A DNA stretch of 32,000 nucleotides from Demequinaceae bacterium. Its GTDB lineage: Bacteria; Actinomycetota; Actinomycetes; Actinomycetales; Demequinaceae. The DNA lies in the NCBI GenBank assembly GCA_965250005.1, contig OZ252279.1:360001-392000 (forward strand), written 5' to 3'. Within the stretch, counting starts at the first letter, position 1. Every line of letters begins with the position of its first letter. Positions 9,405-18,184 of the stretch are shown here, in pieces. Made by a program: the position numbers and the translations under genes. Under the pieces are notes generated by a model. The model was not told the origin of the DNA and did not search any database. It worked only from the letters and a program-made list of their open reading frames with translations.

Positions 9405-9862
9405 GTGCCCTTGAGCAGATGTACCAGCAGGTCATCATGGACCACGCGCGTGAGACGCGCGGCCGGGGCCTGGTCGAGCCGAACACAGCAACTACGGGGG
9501 AGTCTCACCAGGTCAACCCCACGTGCGGCGACGAAGTGCGGCTGCGTGTCGCCCTCGATGGAGACACCGTCTCCAGCGTCTCCTGGGAGGGCCAGGGCTG
9601 CAGCATCTCGCAGGCGTCTGTCTCCGTACTTCACGAGCTAGTCGAGGGGCACACCGTAGTCGAGGCGCAAGAAATCAGCGACGCGTTCAGGGAGCTGATG
9701 CAGGCCAAGGGCCAGGGCATCGGCGATGAGCGCGAAGAATTGCTGGGGGACGCAACCGCGTTCGTCGGCGTTGGAAAGTACCCTGCGCGAATCAAGTGCG
9801 CACTCATCGGATGGATGGCGCTCAAGGATGCGCTTATCCTTGCCCAGAAGGAGACCTCATGA
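9401..9862 (+). CDS. sufU: SUF-system NifU/IscU-like sulfur-transfer or scaffold protein SufU
   Basis: MSALEQMYQQVIMDHARETRGRG, with conserved Cys in NPTCGDE, GQGCSIS and ARIKCA. The GTG start overlaps the sufS stop (GTGA). Confidence 0.9.
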   Translation: MSALEQMYQQVIMDHARETRGRGLVEPNTATTGESHQVNPTCGDEVRLRVALDGDTVSSVSWEGQGCSISQASVSVLHELVEGHTVVEAQEISDAFRELMQAKGQGIGDEREELLGDATAFVGVGKYPARIKCALIGWMALKDALILAQKETS

Positions 9863-10275
9863 CCGAGAAGAAGAGCAAGGTGCCAGCCAAGAAGGCGCCA
9901 GCAGGCAAGGCCGCGACGGCGAAGGCCACGACGGCGGCGGCGGAGCCCGCAGTCAAGGAGTCCCCGCCCTCGAACGCGGCAGACGTCGAAGAGGCGCTCC
10001 GGGACGTCATCGACCCGGAGTTGGGGATCAATGTGGTCGACCTGGGGCTGGTCTACGGTGTCTCGCTGGATTCGAACCAGCATGCCGTTATCGACATGAC
10101 GCTTACGTCAGCGGCGTGCCCGTTGACAGATGTGCTTGAGGACCAGACTGGGCAAGCCCTGGACGGTATTGTCGACGGCTATCGCATCAACTGGGTGTGG
10201 ATGCCGCCGTGGGGTCCGGACAAGATCACCGCGGACGGGCAAGAGCAATTGCGCGCTCTCGGATTTAACGTCTAG
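9859..10275 (+). CDS. sufT: DUF59/MIP18-family Fe-S assembly factor SufT with a Lys/Ala-rich N-terminal extension
   Basis: Core VEEALRDVIDPELGINVVDLGLVYGV...MTLTSAACPL. The ATG at 9859 overlaps the sufU stop (ATGA). The N-terminus reads MTEKKSKVPAKKAPAGKAATAKA. Confidence 0.85.
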   Translation: MTEKKSKVPAKKAPAGKAATAKATTAAAEPAVKESPPSNAADVEEALRDVIDPELGINVVDLGLVYGVSLDSNQHAVIDMTLTSAACPLTDVLEDQTGQALDGIVDGYRINWVWMPPWGPDKITADGQEQLRALGFNV

Positions 10276-10303
10276 CGGCGCTCTTCACCTAGCGTCTGGC
10301 GCC

Positions 10304-11215
10304 CTAGAACCCTGCGGGGCGGTCAACCACGTCAAACAGGTCGCACGCGGCCGGAGAGCCGTGCGTGTAGCCGTCTGTGAAAGCGTCGACGCGTTGCTCT
10401 GAGGTTCCGTGGGTGTACGTGTGTGGGTCCGCGTGTCCCTGAAGTTTTTCCTGAATGCGGTCGTCGCCCACTGCCGCCGCTGCGGACAACGCCGAATTGA
10501 TCTGCGCTTGAGTGATGGGTTGCAGGATAGGCTGCCCGTCTTCGTCCTTCGTGTTCGCTGCGTGGTGGGTCCACACGCCAGCGAGGCAGTCAGCCATGAG
10601 CTCCACCTTGACGGTGTCAGAGTTGACGCCCGTCTGGCTGCGGTCGGCGACGTTGAAGACGCCAATCTCGTTCTGGATGTGGTGGCCGTACTCGTGTGCG
10701 ACCACGTAGATCTGGGCGAGGGGGCCGTCAGACGAGCCGAACTGATCCACGAGCACATCAAAGAACGCGGGGTCAATGTAGATGGTCTGGTCGCCGGGGC
10801 AGTAGAACGGGCCCGTCTGTGTGGAGGCGCTTCCGCATGCGGTCGAGGTCAAACCGTCGAAGATGACACCGCCCGGGTAGTCGAAGTTTGCTCCTAGCGC
10901 GGGGGCAGCGGACTCCCAATAGTCGTCCAGGGCGCCAATCGTGTAGAGGATGCGGCAATCGGTGTATTCGTTGGCTGCTTCTCCGGCGTCACAGCGTTCG
11001 TTGAATTCCGCCTGGATTTCCGGGTCAGAAGCCTCGACGGTTGTCCCCGTCGCTCCGGTAGAGAAGTCGCCAAGGTTGAGGCCGAGGAACATCGCGAGGG
11101 CTAGCAGCAAGAGGCCGCCGAATCCGCCGCCGACAGCCATTCCTCCGCTGCCCGCGCTACGTCCGCGCCGCTGGACGCGATTCGGGTTGATCCGCGCCGT
11201 CTTGTTGAACGTCAT
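10304..11215 (-). CDS. YpfJ/KPN_02809-type putative neutral zinc metallopeptidase (N-terminal membrane anchor)
   Basis: 303 aa with a basic N-terminus plus a Gly-rich TM (GGFGGLLLLALAMFLG), an HExxH motif (VVAHEYGHHIQNE) and FYCPGDQTIYID, typical of this family. A GGAGG SD precedes the ATG at 11215. Confidence 0.8.
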   Translation of the reverse strand: MTFNKTARINPNRVQRRGRSAGSGGMAVGGGFGGLLLLALAMFLGLNLGDFSTGATGTTVEASDPEIQAEFNERCDAGEAANEYTDCRILYTIGALDDYWESAAPALGANFDYPGGVIFDGLTSTACGSASTQTGPFYCPGDQTIYIDPAFFDVLVDQFGSSDGPLAQIYVVAHEYGHHIQNEIGVFNVADRSQTGVNSDTVKVELMADCLAGVWTHHAANTKDEDGQPILQPITQAQINSALSAAAAVGDDRIQEKLQGHADPHTYTHGTSEQRVDAFTDGYTHGSPAACDLFDVVDRPAGF

Positions 11216-11244
11216 TGCTACCTCCGCGATGGTGACGTCTCACG

Positions 11245-11871
11245 TTACCGCGTGCCCGTCGTCGTCGCTTCATCTGCGAGGCCGCGCGCTGTTATGGCAT
11301 CGCCGACGCGCAAGGCGTATGCCACCGTGCGGACGCCCGTGGGAAGCAGAATCGCGCGTGGATCTCGCCCGAGACCTCTGGCCCGCGCCGCCGTCCTCGA
11401 CTCGTCAAGGATTCGCGTTGCCTCCGGCACGCTACGGATCATAAGGCTGACGAGCAGCCCAATGGCCTCGGTAGGAATCCACCGCGAAAAAGGGCGGGCA
11501 ACAAAGCTCACGAAGCCGAGCATTGCCTCCATCGACGTCGATGACGTGACTGCGAGTGCAATCAGAATGAGCGCCATGAGATTGAGCGCGATCTCCAGCC
11601 CGCGCAGGGGATCCCCGCGCCACCAGTGAAAGATCGAGCCAAGCGCCGCCATCACCGAGAAGAAGGCGACACCGCGCAGCGTGGCGCGCGGCGGCGGGAG
11701 TGTCGACACCAAGAGCACCACACCACCTGCGACGGCGGCCGCAGACCAGCGCCAATTATGGATGCTCATGATGGTCACGGCGCTGGCGACGAGCGCGAGC
11801 ACCTTGATCCACGCGGGCAGCAAGTGGAGAGGGGTACCGCGAGGGCGGTACAGCCCGAGCATGTTTGTCAT
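11245..11871 (-). CDS. ecfT: ECF transporter transmembrane (T) component, BioN/EcfT (CbiQ family)
   Basis: 208-aa polytopic protein. Its start overlaps the stop of the upstream ATPase gene, and it is third in a bioY-ATPase-T arrangement. It has a conserved Ala-Arg-Gly-type coupling region (TAARARGLG). Confidence 0.8.
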   Translation of the reverse strand: MTNMLGLYRPRGTPLHLLPAWIKVLALVASAVTIMSIHNWRWSAAAVAGGVVLLVSTLPPPRATLRGVAFFSVMAALGSIFHWWRGDPLRGLEIALNLMALILIALAVTSSTSMEAMLGFVSFVARPFSRWIPTEAIGLLVSLMIRSVPEATRILDESRTAARARGLGRDPRAILLPTGVRTVAYALRVGDAITARGLADEATTTGTR

Positions 11872-12572
11872 GGCGTTACGCCGTGGGCCGAGCGCCGCTT
11901 CATGAGCTTTCGGTAGTGCGCCACGGCGCGCGCGGGGATGCCATCAAAGACGACGTCAGCGTCGTCAATGACCACACACCGATCCGCGCGAGCGGCGGCA
12001 TCGAGGTCGTGTGTGAGCTCAATGACCTGCTGAGGAAGTCCCGCGAGAAGACCGTCAACGTGCTGGCGCCAGTGCAGGTCGAGAAGGGTAGTCGGCTCGT
12101 CGGCGACAATGATCGTGGGTTCGACTGCTAGTAAGCCAGCGAGCGCGAGCAGTTGTTTCTGCCCGCCTGAGAGCGCGTGCACGGGTACGTGCGCATGGTC
12201 GGTAAGCCCCATTTTCGCGAGCAGTGCTGCAGCCGCTTCGGCCCGTGCGGCTTTGTCCGCGAGGACGCGGCGCAGCGAGAGCGTCACGTCTTCGATCGCG
12301 GTCGGCATGATGAGCTGTGCGTTCGGGTCAGTAAAGAGGAATCCCACGTCGCGACGGACGTGGGCTACGTCCTTGCGCGTGTCGTGGCCGTTGACGGACA
12401 CTGTCCCCTCGTGGGGCGCAATGAGACCGTTGATAAGGCGGGCGAGCGTGGACTTCCCGGAGCCGTTCGCGCCAATAATGCTGACCCGGTGCTCGTCGAG
12501 CGTGAGAGTGATCGGTTCGAGAAGGCGGACGTCGCCGGGTGCGACGACGCCCGCTCCTTGAAACTCGATCAT
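11868..12572 (-). CDS. ecfA: ECF transporter ATPase component, BioM/EcfA (CbiO family)
   Basis: Walker A GANGSGKST, signature LSGGQKQ and Walker B IIVADEPTTLLD; 234 aa. Confidence 0.9.
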   Translation of the reverse strand: MIEFQGAGVVAPGDVRLLEPITLTLDEHRVSIIGANGSGKSTLARLINGLIAPHEGTVSVNGHDTRKDVAHVRRDVGFLFTDPNAQLIMPTAIEDVTLSLRRVLADKAARAEAAAALLAKMGLTDHAHVPVHALSGGQKQLLALAGLLAVEPTIIVADEPTTLLDLHWRQHVDGLLAGLPQQVIELTHDLDAAARADRCVVIDDADVVFDGIPARAVAHYRKLMKRRSAHGVTP

Positions 12573-12581
12573 GTGACCAGG

Positions 12582-13292
12582 CTAAGACTTCTTAGCGGGA
12601 ACTTTCTTGGTGGCTGGCTTCTTCGCTGCCGTCGCCTTCTTGGCCGCGGTGGCGTTGGTGGCGGGCGCCGCTGCCCTGGAGACAAAGTACGGGTCACCGG
12701 GAGCGAGGAGTTGTGGAAACGCGCGGAGCACGTAGACCGCGATCCCTGCAGCGGCGAGGACCTTGAGCAGGTCGCCAACGACGAAGGGGGTAAGTCCCCA
12801 CACGATAGCGGTTGCTCCGCCTTCTTCAGCGGCCGTGAGAACGGGAATGCCCAGGGAGTGTGCGAGCCACGGCACGCCGATCGCATAGATGATCGGAAGT
12901 GATACGACGCCGGCGCCTACGAGACCGGCATACGCGCCGACGCCGTTGGCCTGGCGCGTGACGCGCTCGGCAAGCCAGCCCACCACGAATGCGGCGACGG
13001 GGAAAGCCCAGAGGTAACCACCGGAAGGACCTGCGAACACTTCGGTTCCGAATCCAGCGTTGGCGTAGATGGGGGCGCCAGCTAGTCCGGCCACCAGATA
13101 GAGCGCGACAGCTGCGGCGCCACGCCAGGCGCCTAGCACCAGGCCGGCGAGAACGACGGTGAGCGTCTGGAGAGTTAGCGGCACGCCGGTGGCGAGAGTG
13201 AATTCTGGCGGGACAGTGCTGAGGGCGATGACAGCCGCGAAAACTGCGACGAGCGCGAGGTTCGGGCCCGAGAACTTTGGTATGAGGGGCAT
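12582..13292 (-). CDS. bioY: Biotin transporter S component BioY with a Lys/Ala-rich C-terminal tail
   Basis: Six-TM BioY-like sequence (LTLQTLTVVLAGLVLG..., GGYLWAFP...). The ATG at 13292 follows a CCAAGGAGAAGC SD. The C-terminus reads ...ATNATAAKKATAAKKPATKKVPAKKS. The ORF-track start at 13364 is likely an over-extension. Confidence 0.85.
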   Translation of the reverse strand: MPLIPKFSGPNLALVAVFAAVIALSTVPPEFTLATGVPLTLQTLTVVLAGLVLGAWRGAAAVALYLVAGLAGAPIYANAGFGTEVFAGPSGGYLWAFPVAAFVVGWLAERVTRQANGVGAYAGLVGAGVVSLPIIYAIGVPWLAHSLGIPVLTAAEEGGATAIVWGLTPFVVGDLLKVLAAAGIAVYVLRAFPQLLAPGDPYFVSRAAAPATNATAAKKATAAKKPATKKVPAKKS

Positions 13293-13417
13293 GCTTCTCC
13301 TTGGATTGACTGGTACGGCAAGAAACCTACCGGCCCTACAATGGTTCGCGGCCACTTTGGCCACGACAGCGCGATTTTTTGTGGGAATCCTACAACCGCG
13401 CCCTAGAAGGAGATCCC

Positions 13418-15016
13418 TTGATTATCGCCCACGACGTCGAAGTGCGCATCGGCGCTCGGACGCTGCTGAAGCCATCAAGCTTCCAAGTTGCTCCCAACGA
13501 CCGTGTCGGACTCGTGGGACGAAACGGCGCCGGGAAGACTACGCTGACCAAGATTCTCGCAACCGAGCGGCAGGCAACGTCGGGCCGTGTCGACCAGAAG
13601 GGCGAGGTTGGCTACCTCCCCCAGGACCCCCGCACCGGCGACCTAGAGGTGGTCGCGATGGATCGCATCCTGTCCGCTCGCGGCCTCGATGCCGCGGTAC
13701 GCAAAATGCGCGCCGCCGAAGAGGCGATGGCGGGAGATGACGAGGGCGCGCGAGACAAAGCAATGGAGCGTTACCCCCGGCTCGAAGAGAACTTCAGGAA
13801 CAATGGCGGGTACGCGGCGGAATCTGAGGCAGCCCGCATCGCCTCCAACCTCGGGATCGAGACAGCCACCCTCAAGCAGCCGCTGGGCACGCTCTCCGGC
13901 GGACAGCGCCGCCGAGTCGAGCTCGCGCGCATCCTGTTCAGCGGCGCCGAGACGCTGCTGCTCGACGAGCCAACCAACCACCTCGACGCCGACTCGATCG
14001 TATGGCTGCGGGAATTCCTGCGCACGTACTCCGGTGGCCTCGTGGTTATTTCGCACGACGCTGATTTGCTGCGCGTGTGTGTGAACCGCATTTTCCACCT
14101 CGACGCCAACCGTGGCGTGCTCGACCAGTACAACCTTGGCTGGGACGCCTATCTCAAGCAGCGCGAGGACGACGAGCGTCGGCGCAAACGTGAGCGAGAC
14201 GGAGCTGAGCGCAAGGCAGAAACGCTCATCGCCCAAGCGAACAAGATGCGCGCCAAGGCATCCAAGGCCTCGGCAGCACAGAGCATGCTCAAGCGTGCCG
14301 AAAAGATGGTCGCAGACCTGGACGACGTGCGCGTCAGCGACCGCGTTGCGAATCTGCGGTTTCCCACGCCAGCGCCCTGTGGAAAGACGCCGCTACGCGC
14401 GTCTGCCCTTAGCAAGTCGTATGGGTCCCTCGAAGTGTTCACGGACGTGGATCTGGCAATCGACAAGGGCTCGCGCGTAGTGGTGCTGGGGCTCAACGGC
14501 GCGGGCAAGACCACGCTGCTGCGCCTGCTTGCCGGCGTGGAAGCGAGCGACACCGGCGAAGTCGAGCCGGGCCACGGGCTCAAAATGGGCTATTACGCCC
14601 AAGAGCACGAGACTCTCGACACCGAGCAGACCGTGCTGGAGAACATGAGACACGCCGCTCCCGACTTGGACGACACGGAAGTGCGCAACGTGCTTGGATC
14701 GTTCCTTTTCCAAGGAGACGACGCGCACAAGAAGGCGGCCGTGCTCTCTGGCGGCGAGAAGACTCGCTTGGCGCTGGCGACCCTGGTGGTCTCGCAGGCG
14801 AACGTGTTGCTCCTTGACGAGCCGACCAACAACCTCGACCCCGCGTCGCGCGCCGAAATCCTGCGCGCGCTGCACACCTACGAAGGCGCTGTCGTGCTTG
14901 TCACGCACGATATCGGCGCCGTCGATGCGCTCGACCCCGAGCGGGTGCTCCTGCTTCCCGACGCCGCTGAGGACCTCTGGAATGACACGTACCGCGACAT
15001 CATCGCGCTCGCGTAG
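13418..15016 (+). CDS. ABC-F family ATPase (two tandem ABC domains, no TM domain)
   Basis: Two Walker A sites (GRNGAGKTT, GLNGAGKTT), two signatures (LSGGQRRR, LSGGEKTR) and a charged inter-domain linker (KQREDDERRRKRERDGAERKAE). I prefer the TTG at 13418, which follows a GAAGGAG SD; 13379 is the alternative. Confidence 0.9.
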   Translation: MIIAHDVEVRIGARTLLKPSSFQVAPNDRVGLVGRNGAGKTTLTKILATERQATSGRVDQKGEVGYLPQDPRTGDLEVVAMDRILSARGLDAAVRKMRAAEEAMAGDDEGARDKAMERYPRLEENFRNNGGYAAESEAARIASNLGIETATLKQPLGTLSGGQRRRVELARILFSGAETLLLDEPTNHLDADSIVWLREFLRTYSGGLVVISHDADLLRVCVNRIFHLDANRGVLDQYNLGWDAYLKQREDDERRRKRERDGAERKAETLIAQANKMRAKASKASAAQSMLKRAEKMVADLDDVRVSDRVANLRFPTPAPCGKTPLRASALSKSYGSLEVFTDVDLAIDKGSRVVVLGLNGAGKTTLLRLLAGVEASDTGEVEPGHGLKMGYYAQEHETLDTEQTVLENMRHAAPDLDDTEVRNVLGSFLFQGDDAHKKAAVLSGGEKTRLALATLVVSQANVLLLDEPTNNLDPASRAEILRALHTYEGAVVLVTHDIGAVDALDPERVLLLPDAAEDLWNDTYRDIIALA

Positions 15017-15026
15017 CCGTGGAAGC

Positions 15027-15836
15027 CTAGAGCGCGTCTTCGATCTCTTCATCTGACAGCCGGCCGGAGGCATTCGACCGCTTGGCGTTGGCGCGCGACT
15101 TGCTGGGCGCGACACTCGGGTCGGCGCGATCGCGCCGCAACAGGAGCACCGCGCCAATGGGCGCGAGCGCTGCGAACACGTACCACTGGAACGCGTATGC
15201 GAGGTGAGGGCCCTTGGTAAGGTGCGGGGGAGGCACGGGCTCTCCACGCCAATCGAGGCAACCACTTTCCGCGCACGTGCCCGTGAGCATCCCGTAGGCA
15301 GAGATCGGCCGGCCACGGGGCTCCACGACCTGATCAAGGGCGATGCGGGAAATGCTGGTCCCGGCGTCTTTGCCGTCGTCCTGTTCGAGCGCGCGCAGTA
15401 GGACGGTGATGGTGCCGTCGGTCGACGCGCTTGCCGTGAGCGCCGACGGCGCTGCGTTGACAGGATCCCACCCCGCGAGAACCAGAAGAGAGCGTCCGTC
15501 GAGCGCTTCGAACCACACGACGTATTCGGACGCGCGCACGCCGTTCACGGATCGATTCCTCAGAGTCGTCTCCGAGCCCTCGTCGAACGCCCCCGAGACT
15601 GTAACGAGCCGCCATTCCGCCTCTTCGCTGATGACGAGTGCGCCGTCCGCGAATAGCTCGGAAATGGGTACAGCCGCAAACTGCCGAGCCGCGGCAAAGC
15701 TGTCCACGGCATCGGCGCGAGCCTCGTACCGGCCCCACTGCCAGCGTCCGGCGACCACGGAGACCGCGAGAATAACTAGCGCGATGAGCGCGACCGCGAT
15801 CAGGCGTCGCGCGGACGTGGCGTTCGCGGAGTTCAT
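15027..15836 (-). CDS. SURF1-family cytochrome oxidase biogenesis protein
   Basis: N-terminal TM followed by GRWQWGRYEAR, and a C-terminal HLAYAFQWYVFAALAPIGAVLLL TM segment. This is the classic SURF1 architecture. Confidence 0.75.
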   Translation of the reverse strand: MNSANATSARRLIAVALIALVILAVSVVAGRWQWGRYEARADAVDSFAAARQFAAVPISELFADGALVISEEAEWRLVTVSGAFDEGSETTLRNRSVNGVRASEYVVWFEALDGRSLLVLAGWDPVNAAPSALTASASTDGTITVLLRALEQDDGKDAGTSISRIALDQVVEPRGRPISAYGMLTGTCAESGCLDWRGEPVPPPHLTKGPHLAYAFQWYVFAALAPIGAVLLLRRDRADPSVAPSKSRANAKRSNASGRLSDEEIEDAL

Positions 15837-16144
15837 AGGTCGTGGCTAGGCTTCGGCTCCCTCAGGGCCTGCGACTCTTGGTTCAGGGAGGTCGCCAGCC
15901 ATCAAGAGGAAGCGTTCGGGCGGCAGGGTATTGGTGGCCGAATGGCCAGCAGGGGTCAAGCCGGGGGATGTCACGCGACACTTCCTTTCGCACGGGGCGC
16001 ACGTGGGGTTTACGACTAGCGACACAGTACCAAGAGGCGCTCCCGGAGCTACACGCCAAACGTCGGAATCGTTGGATACGTCGGCGGGACGGACCGGGGC
16101 ACGCGAAGTACACGGGGCGCGGATAGTCCGCTACCGTCGTACAC

Positions 16145-16849
16145 ATGTCACGTCACGTACTCGTCACAGGAGCCAATCGCGGTATCGGGATGGCCATTGC
16201 AGAGCGCTTCGTTGCCGCTGGAGACAAGGTTTCGACCATTTATCGTTCCGGCGATCTGCCACCTGGCGTTGACGGCGTTGTGGGTGACGTGCGCGACACC
16301 GACTCGGTCAACAAGGCGTTCGATGAACTCGAGGAGCGACACGGGCCCGTTGAGGTTCTCGTCGCGAATGCTGGAGTGACGCGCGATGGTTTGCTCATGC
16401 GTATGACGGACGAGGACTTCCAAGATGTGATTGACGTCAACTTGACTGGTGTATTCCGGTGCGTTCGTCGCGCGGTGCAGACCATGATGCGCAAGAAGCA
16501 AGGGCGAGTGATTCTTATCGGTTCGGTGGTCGGCCTCTACGGCAATGCCGGCCAGGTGAACTACACGTCGTCGAAGGCGGGGCTCGTAGGAATGGCGCGG
16601 TCCGTCGCGCGCGAAGTCGGATCGCGAGGTATTACCGCGAACGTCATTGCGCCGGGCTTCATCAACACGGCGATGACAGCGGAACTGAGCGAGGATCTTC
16701 AGAAGCAGTACTCAGCCAACATCCCGGCAAAGCGTTTTGGCGAGGCTGACGAGGTTGCGGGAGCGGCCCTTTTTCTGGCGTCGACGGACGCCGCATACAT
16801 CTCTGGCGCCGTGATTCCGGTTGACGGCGGTCTCGGAATGGGCCACTAG
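16145..16849 (+). CDS. fabG: 3-oxoacyl-ACP reductase (FabG/MabA-like short-chain dehydrogenase)
   Basis: VLVTGANRGIG cofactor motif, NAG and the YTSSK catalytic motif. It is immediately upstream of an InhA-like gene, as in mabA-inhA operons. Confidence 0.9.
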   Translation: MSRHVLVTGANRGIGMAIAERFVAAGDKVSTIYRSGDLPPGVDGVVGDVRDTDSVNKAFDELEERHGPVEVLVANAGVTRDGLLMRMTDEDFQDVIDVNLTGVFRCVRRAVQTMMRKKQGRVILIGSVVGLYGNAGQVNYTSSKAGLVGMARSVAREVGSRGITANVIAPGFINTAMTAELSEDLQKQYSANIPAKRFGEADEVAGAALFLASTDAAYISGAVIPVDGGLGMGH

Positions 16850-16895
16850 GCGCCGTCGCAGACGCACACTACGCTTCATCGAAGGAGGACTACTC

Positions 16896-17663
16896 ATGGG
16901 CATACTTGAAGGCAAGAACATCCTGGTAACTGGGGTGCTGACTGAAACCTCGATCGCATTCCATGTCGCGAGACTCTGTCAAGAGCAGGGCTCGACCGTG
17001 GTGCTGACTGGCATGGGCAAGACGCTGAAGATCACCCAGAGCATGGGCCGGCGGCTGCCGTCGGAGGCGCTCGTGGTGGAACTGGACGTGACGAACGGCG
17101 AACAGATAGCCGGCCTCGCTGAGCAGGTTTCGCAGCACGTCCCTCACCTCGACGGCGTCGTTCACTCGATCGGCTTCGCGCCGCAATCGGTCATGGGTGG
17201 CAACTTCTTGGCGGGCGAGTGGGAGGACGTCTCCACAGCTCTGCACATTTCGGCCTACTCGCTAAAGGCTCTCGCCGTTGCGGCCGCGCCGCTCATGTCA
17301 GACGGCGGCTCGATTGTTGGACTCACCTTTGACGGCCGCTATGCGTGGCCGGTGTACGACTGGATGGGCGTCGCTAAGGCTGCGTTCGAAGCGACCTCGC
17401 GCTATGTTGCGCGCGACTTGGGCGAACAGAAGATCCGCTGCAACTTGGTCTCTGCCGGCCCCATTAAGACCACCGCCGCCAAGCACATTCCGGGCTTCGA
17501 CCAGATGGAGAGCAAGTGGAGTGACCGCGCGCCCCTTGGCTGGAACTCGGACGACCCGGAGCCCACAGCGCGTGCTGTGACTGCGCTCCTTAGCGATTGG
17601 TTCCCCGCCACCACTGGCGAGATAGTTCACGTCGACGGTGGCGTGCACGCGATGGGCCAGTAG
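16896..17663 (+). CDS. fabI: NADH-dependent enoyl-ACP reductase, FabI/InhA type
   Basis: MGILEGKNILVTGVLTETSIAFHVARLCQEQG...VHSIGFAPQ...WMGVAKAAFE...LLSDWFPATTGEIVHVDGG is colinear with InhA. The ATG at 16896 follows a GAAGGAGG SD. Confidence 0.9.
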   Translation: MGILEGKNILVTGVLTETSIAFHVARLCQEQGSTVVLTGMGKTLKITQSMGRRLPSEALVVELDVTNGEQIAGLAEQVSQHVPHLDGVVHSIGFAPQSVMGGNFLAGEWEDVSTALHISAYSLKALAVAAAPLMSDGGSIVGLTFDGRYAWPVYDWMGVAKAAFEATSRYVARDLGEQKIRCNLVSAGPIKTTAAKHIPGFDQMESKWSDRAPLGWNSDDPEPTARAVTALLSDWFPATTGEIVHVDGGVHAMGQ

Positions 17664-17668
17664 AGCCC

Positions 17669-18184
17669 ATGCGTATTTTGGTGCTCGCCAGGCACGCCAA
17701 GGCGGAGCACATCGTTGACCAGCAGAGCGACCATTCGCGCCCGCTCGCACTGCGCGGACGCGGCGATGCCAAGAAGCTAGGCGAGGCGCTCACCGCGCAC
17801 GGAATTGAGCCCGACGTCGCGTTCGTCTCGGACTCGGTGAGAACGCAGCAGACCTGGAAACTGGCGTCGCAGAACTGGGAAGACGTTGAGGTGGCGCACC
17901 TCGCTGAACTTTACGACACGACTGTCGACACCCTTCTGGGAGTGCTCGGAGCAACGCCCGCAGGGGCGCAGAATGTGCTCGTCGTGGGTCACGAGCCGAC
18001 CATGTCGGCCGCCGCTAGTGTGCTCGCTGGCCCGGGATCGGACAAGGCCGCACTTCAACGGGTCGCGTTGGGCCTTTCGACCGGGGTGGCGGCGGTGTTC
18101 GAACTCGATGGTGAGTGGTCTGAGTTAGAAGCGAGTTCGGCCCGCCTGCGCGCGGTTGTCGGTCGCCATGACTCGTGGTCCTGA
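17669..18184 (+). CDS. Histidine phosphatase superfamily protein, SixA-like
   Basis: MRILVLARHAKAE (RHG-type motif), a later GHEPT motif, and a size of about 171 aa. Confidence 0.75.
   Translation: MRILVLARHAKAEHIVDQQSDHSRPLALRGRGDAKKLGEALTAHGIEPDVAFVSDSVRTQQTWKLASQNWEDVEVAHLAELYDTTVDTLLGVLGATPAGAQNVLVVGHEPTMSAAASVLAGPGSDKAALQRVALGLSTGVAAVFELDGEWSELEASSARLRAVVGRHDSWS

Noticed and set aside
14393-15337. 314-aa minus-strand ORF overlapping the ABC-F gene and SURF1
   Set aside because: It is out of frame with or antisense to two well-supported genes, and it has no recognisable domain.
15837-16144. Possible cobalamin, SAM-IV, ydaO or ykkC riboswitch upstream of fabG
   Set aside because: I looked for the B12 box, the SAM-IV core and the ydaO and ykkC signature strings. 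I found only short fortuitous similarities. The downstream genes (fabG-fabI) also do not fit those regulons. The region is retained only as an unclassified structured spacer.
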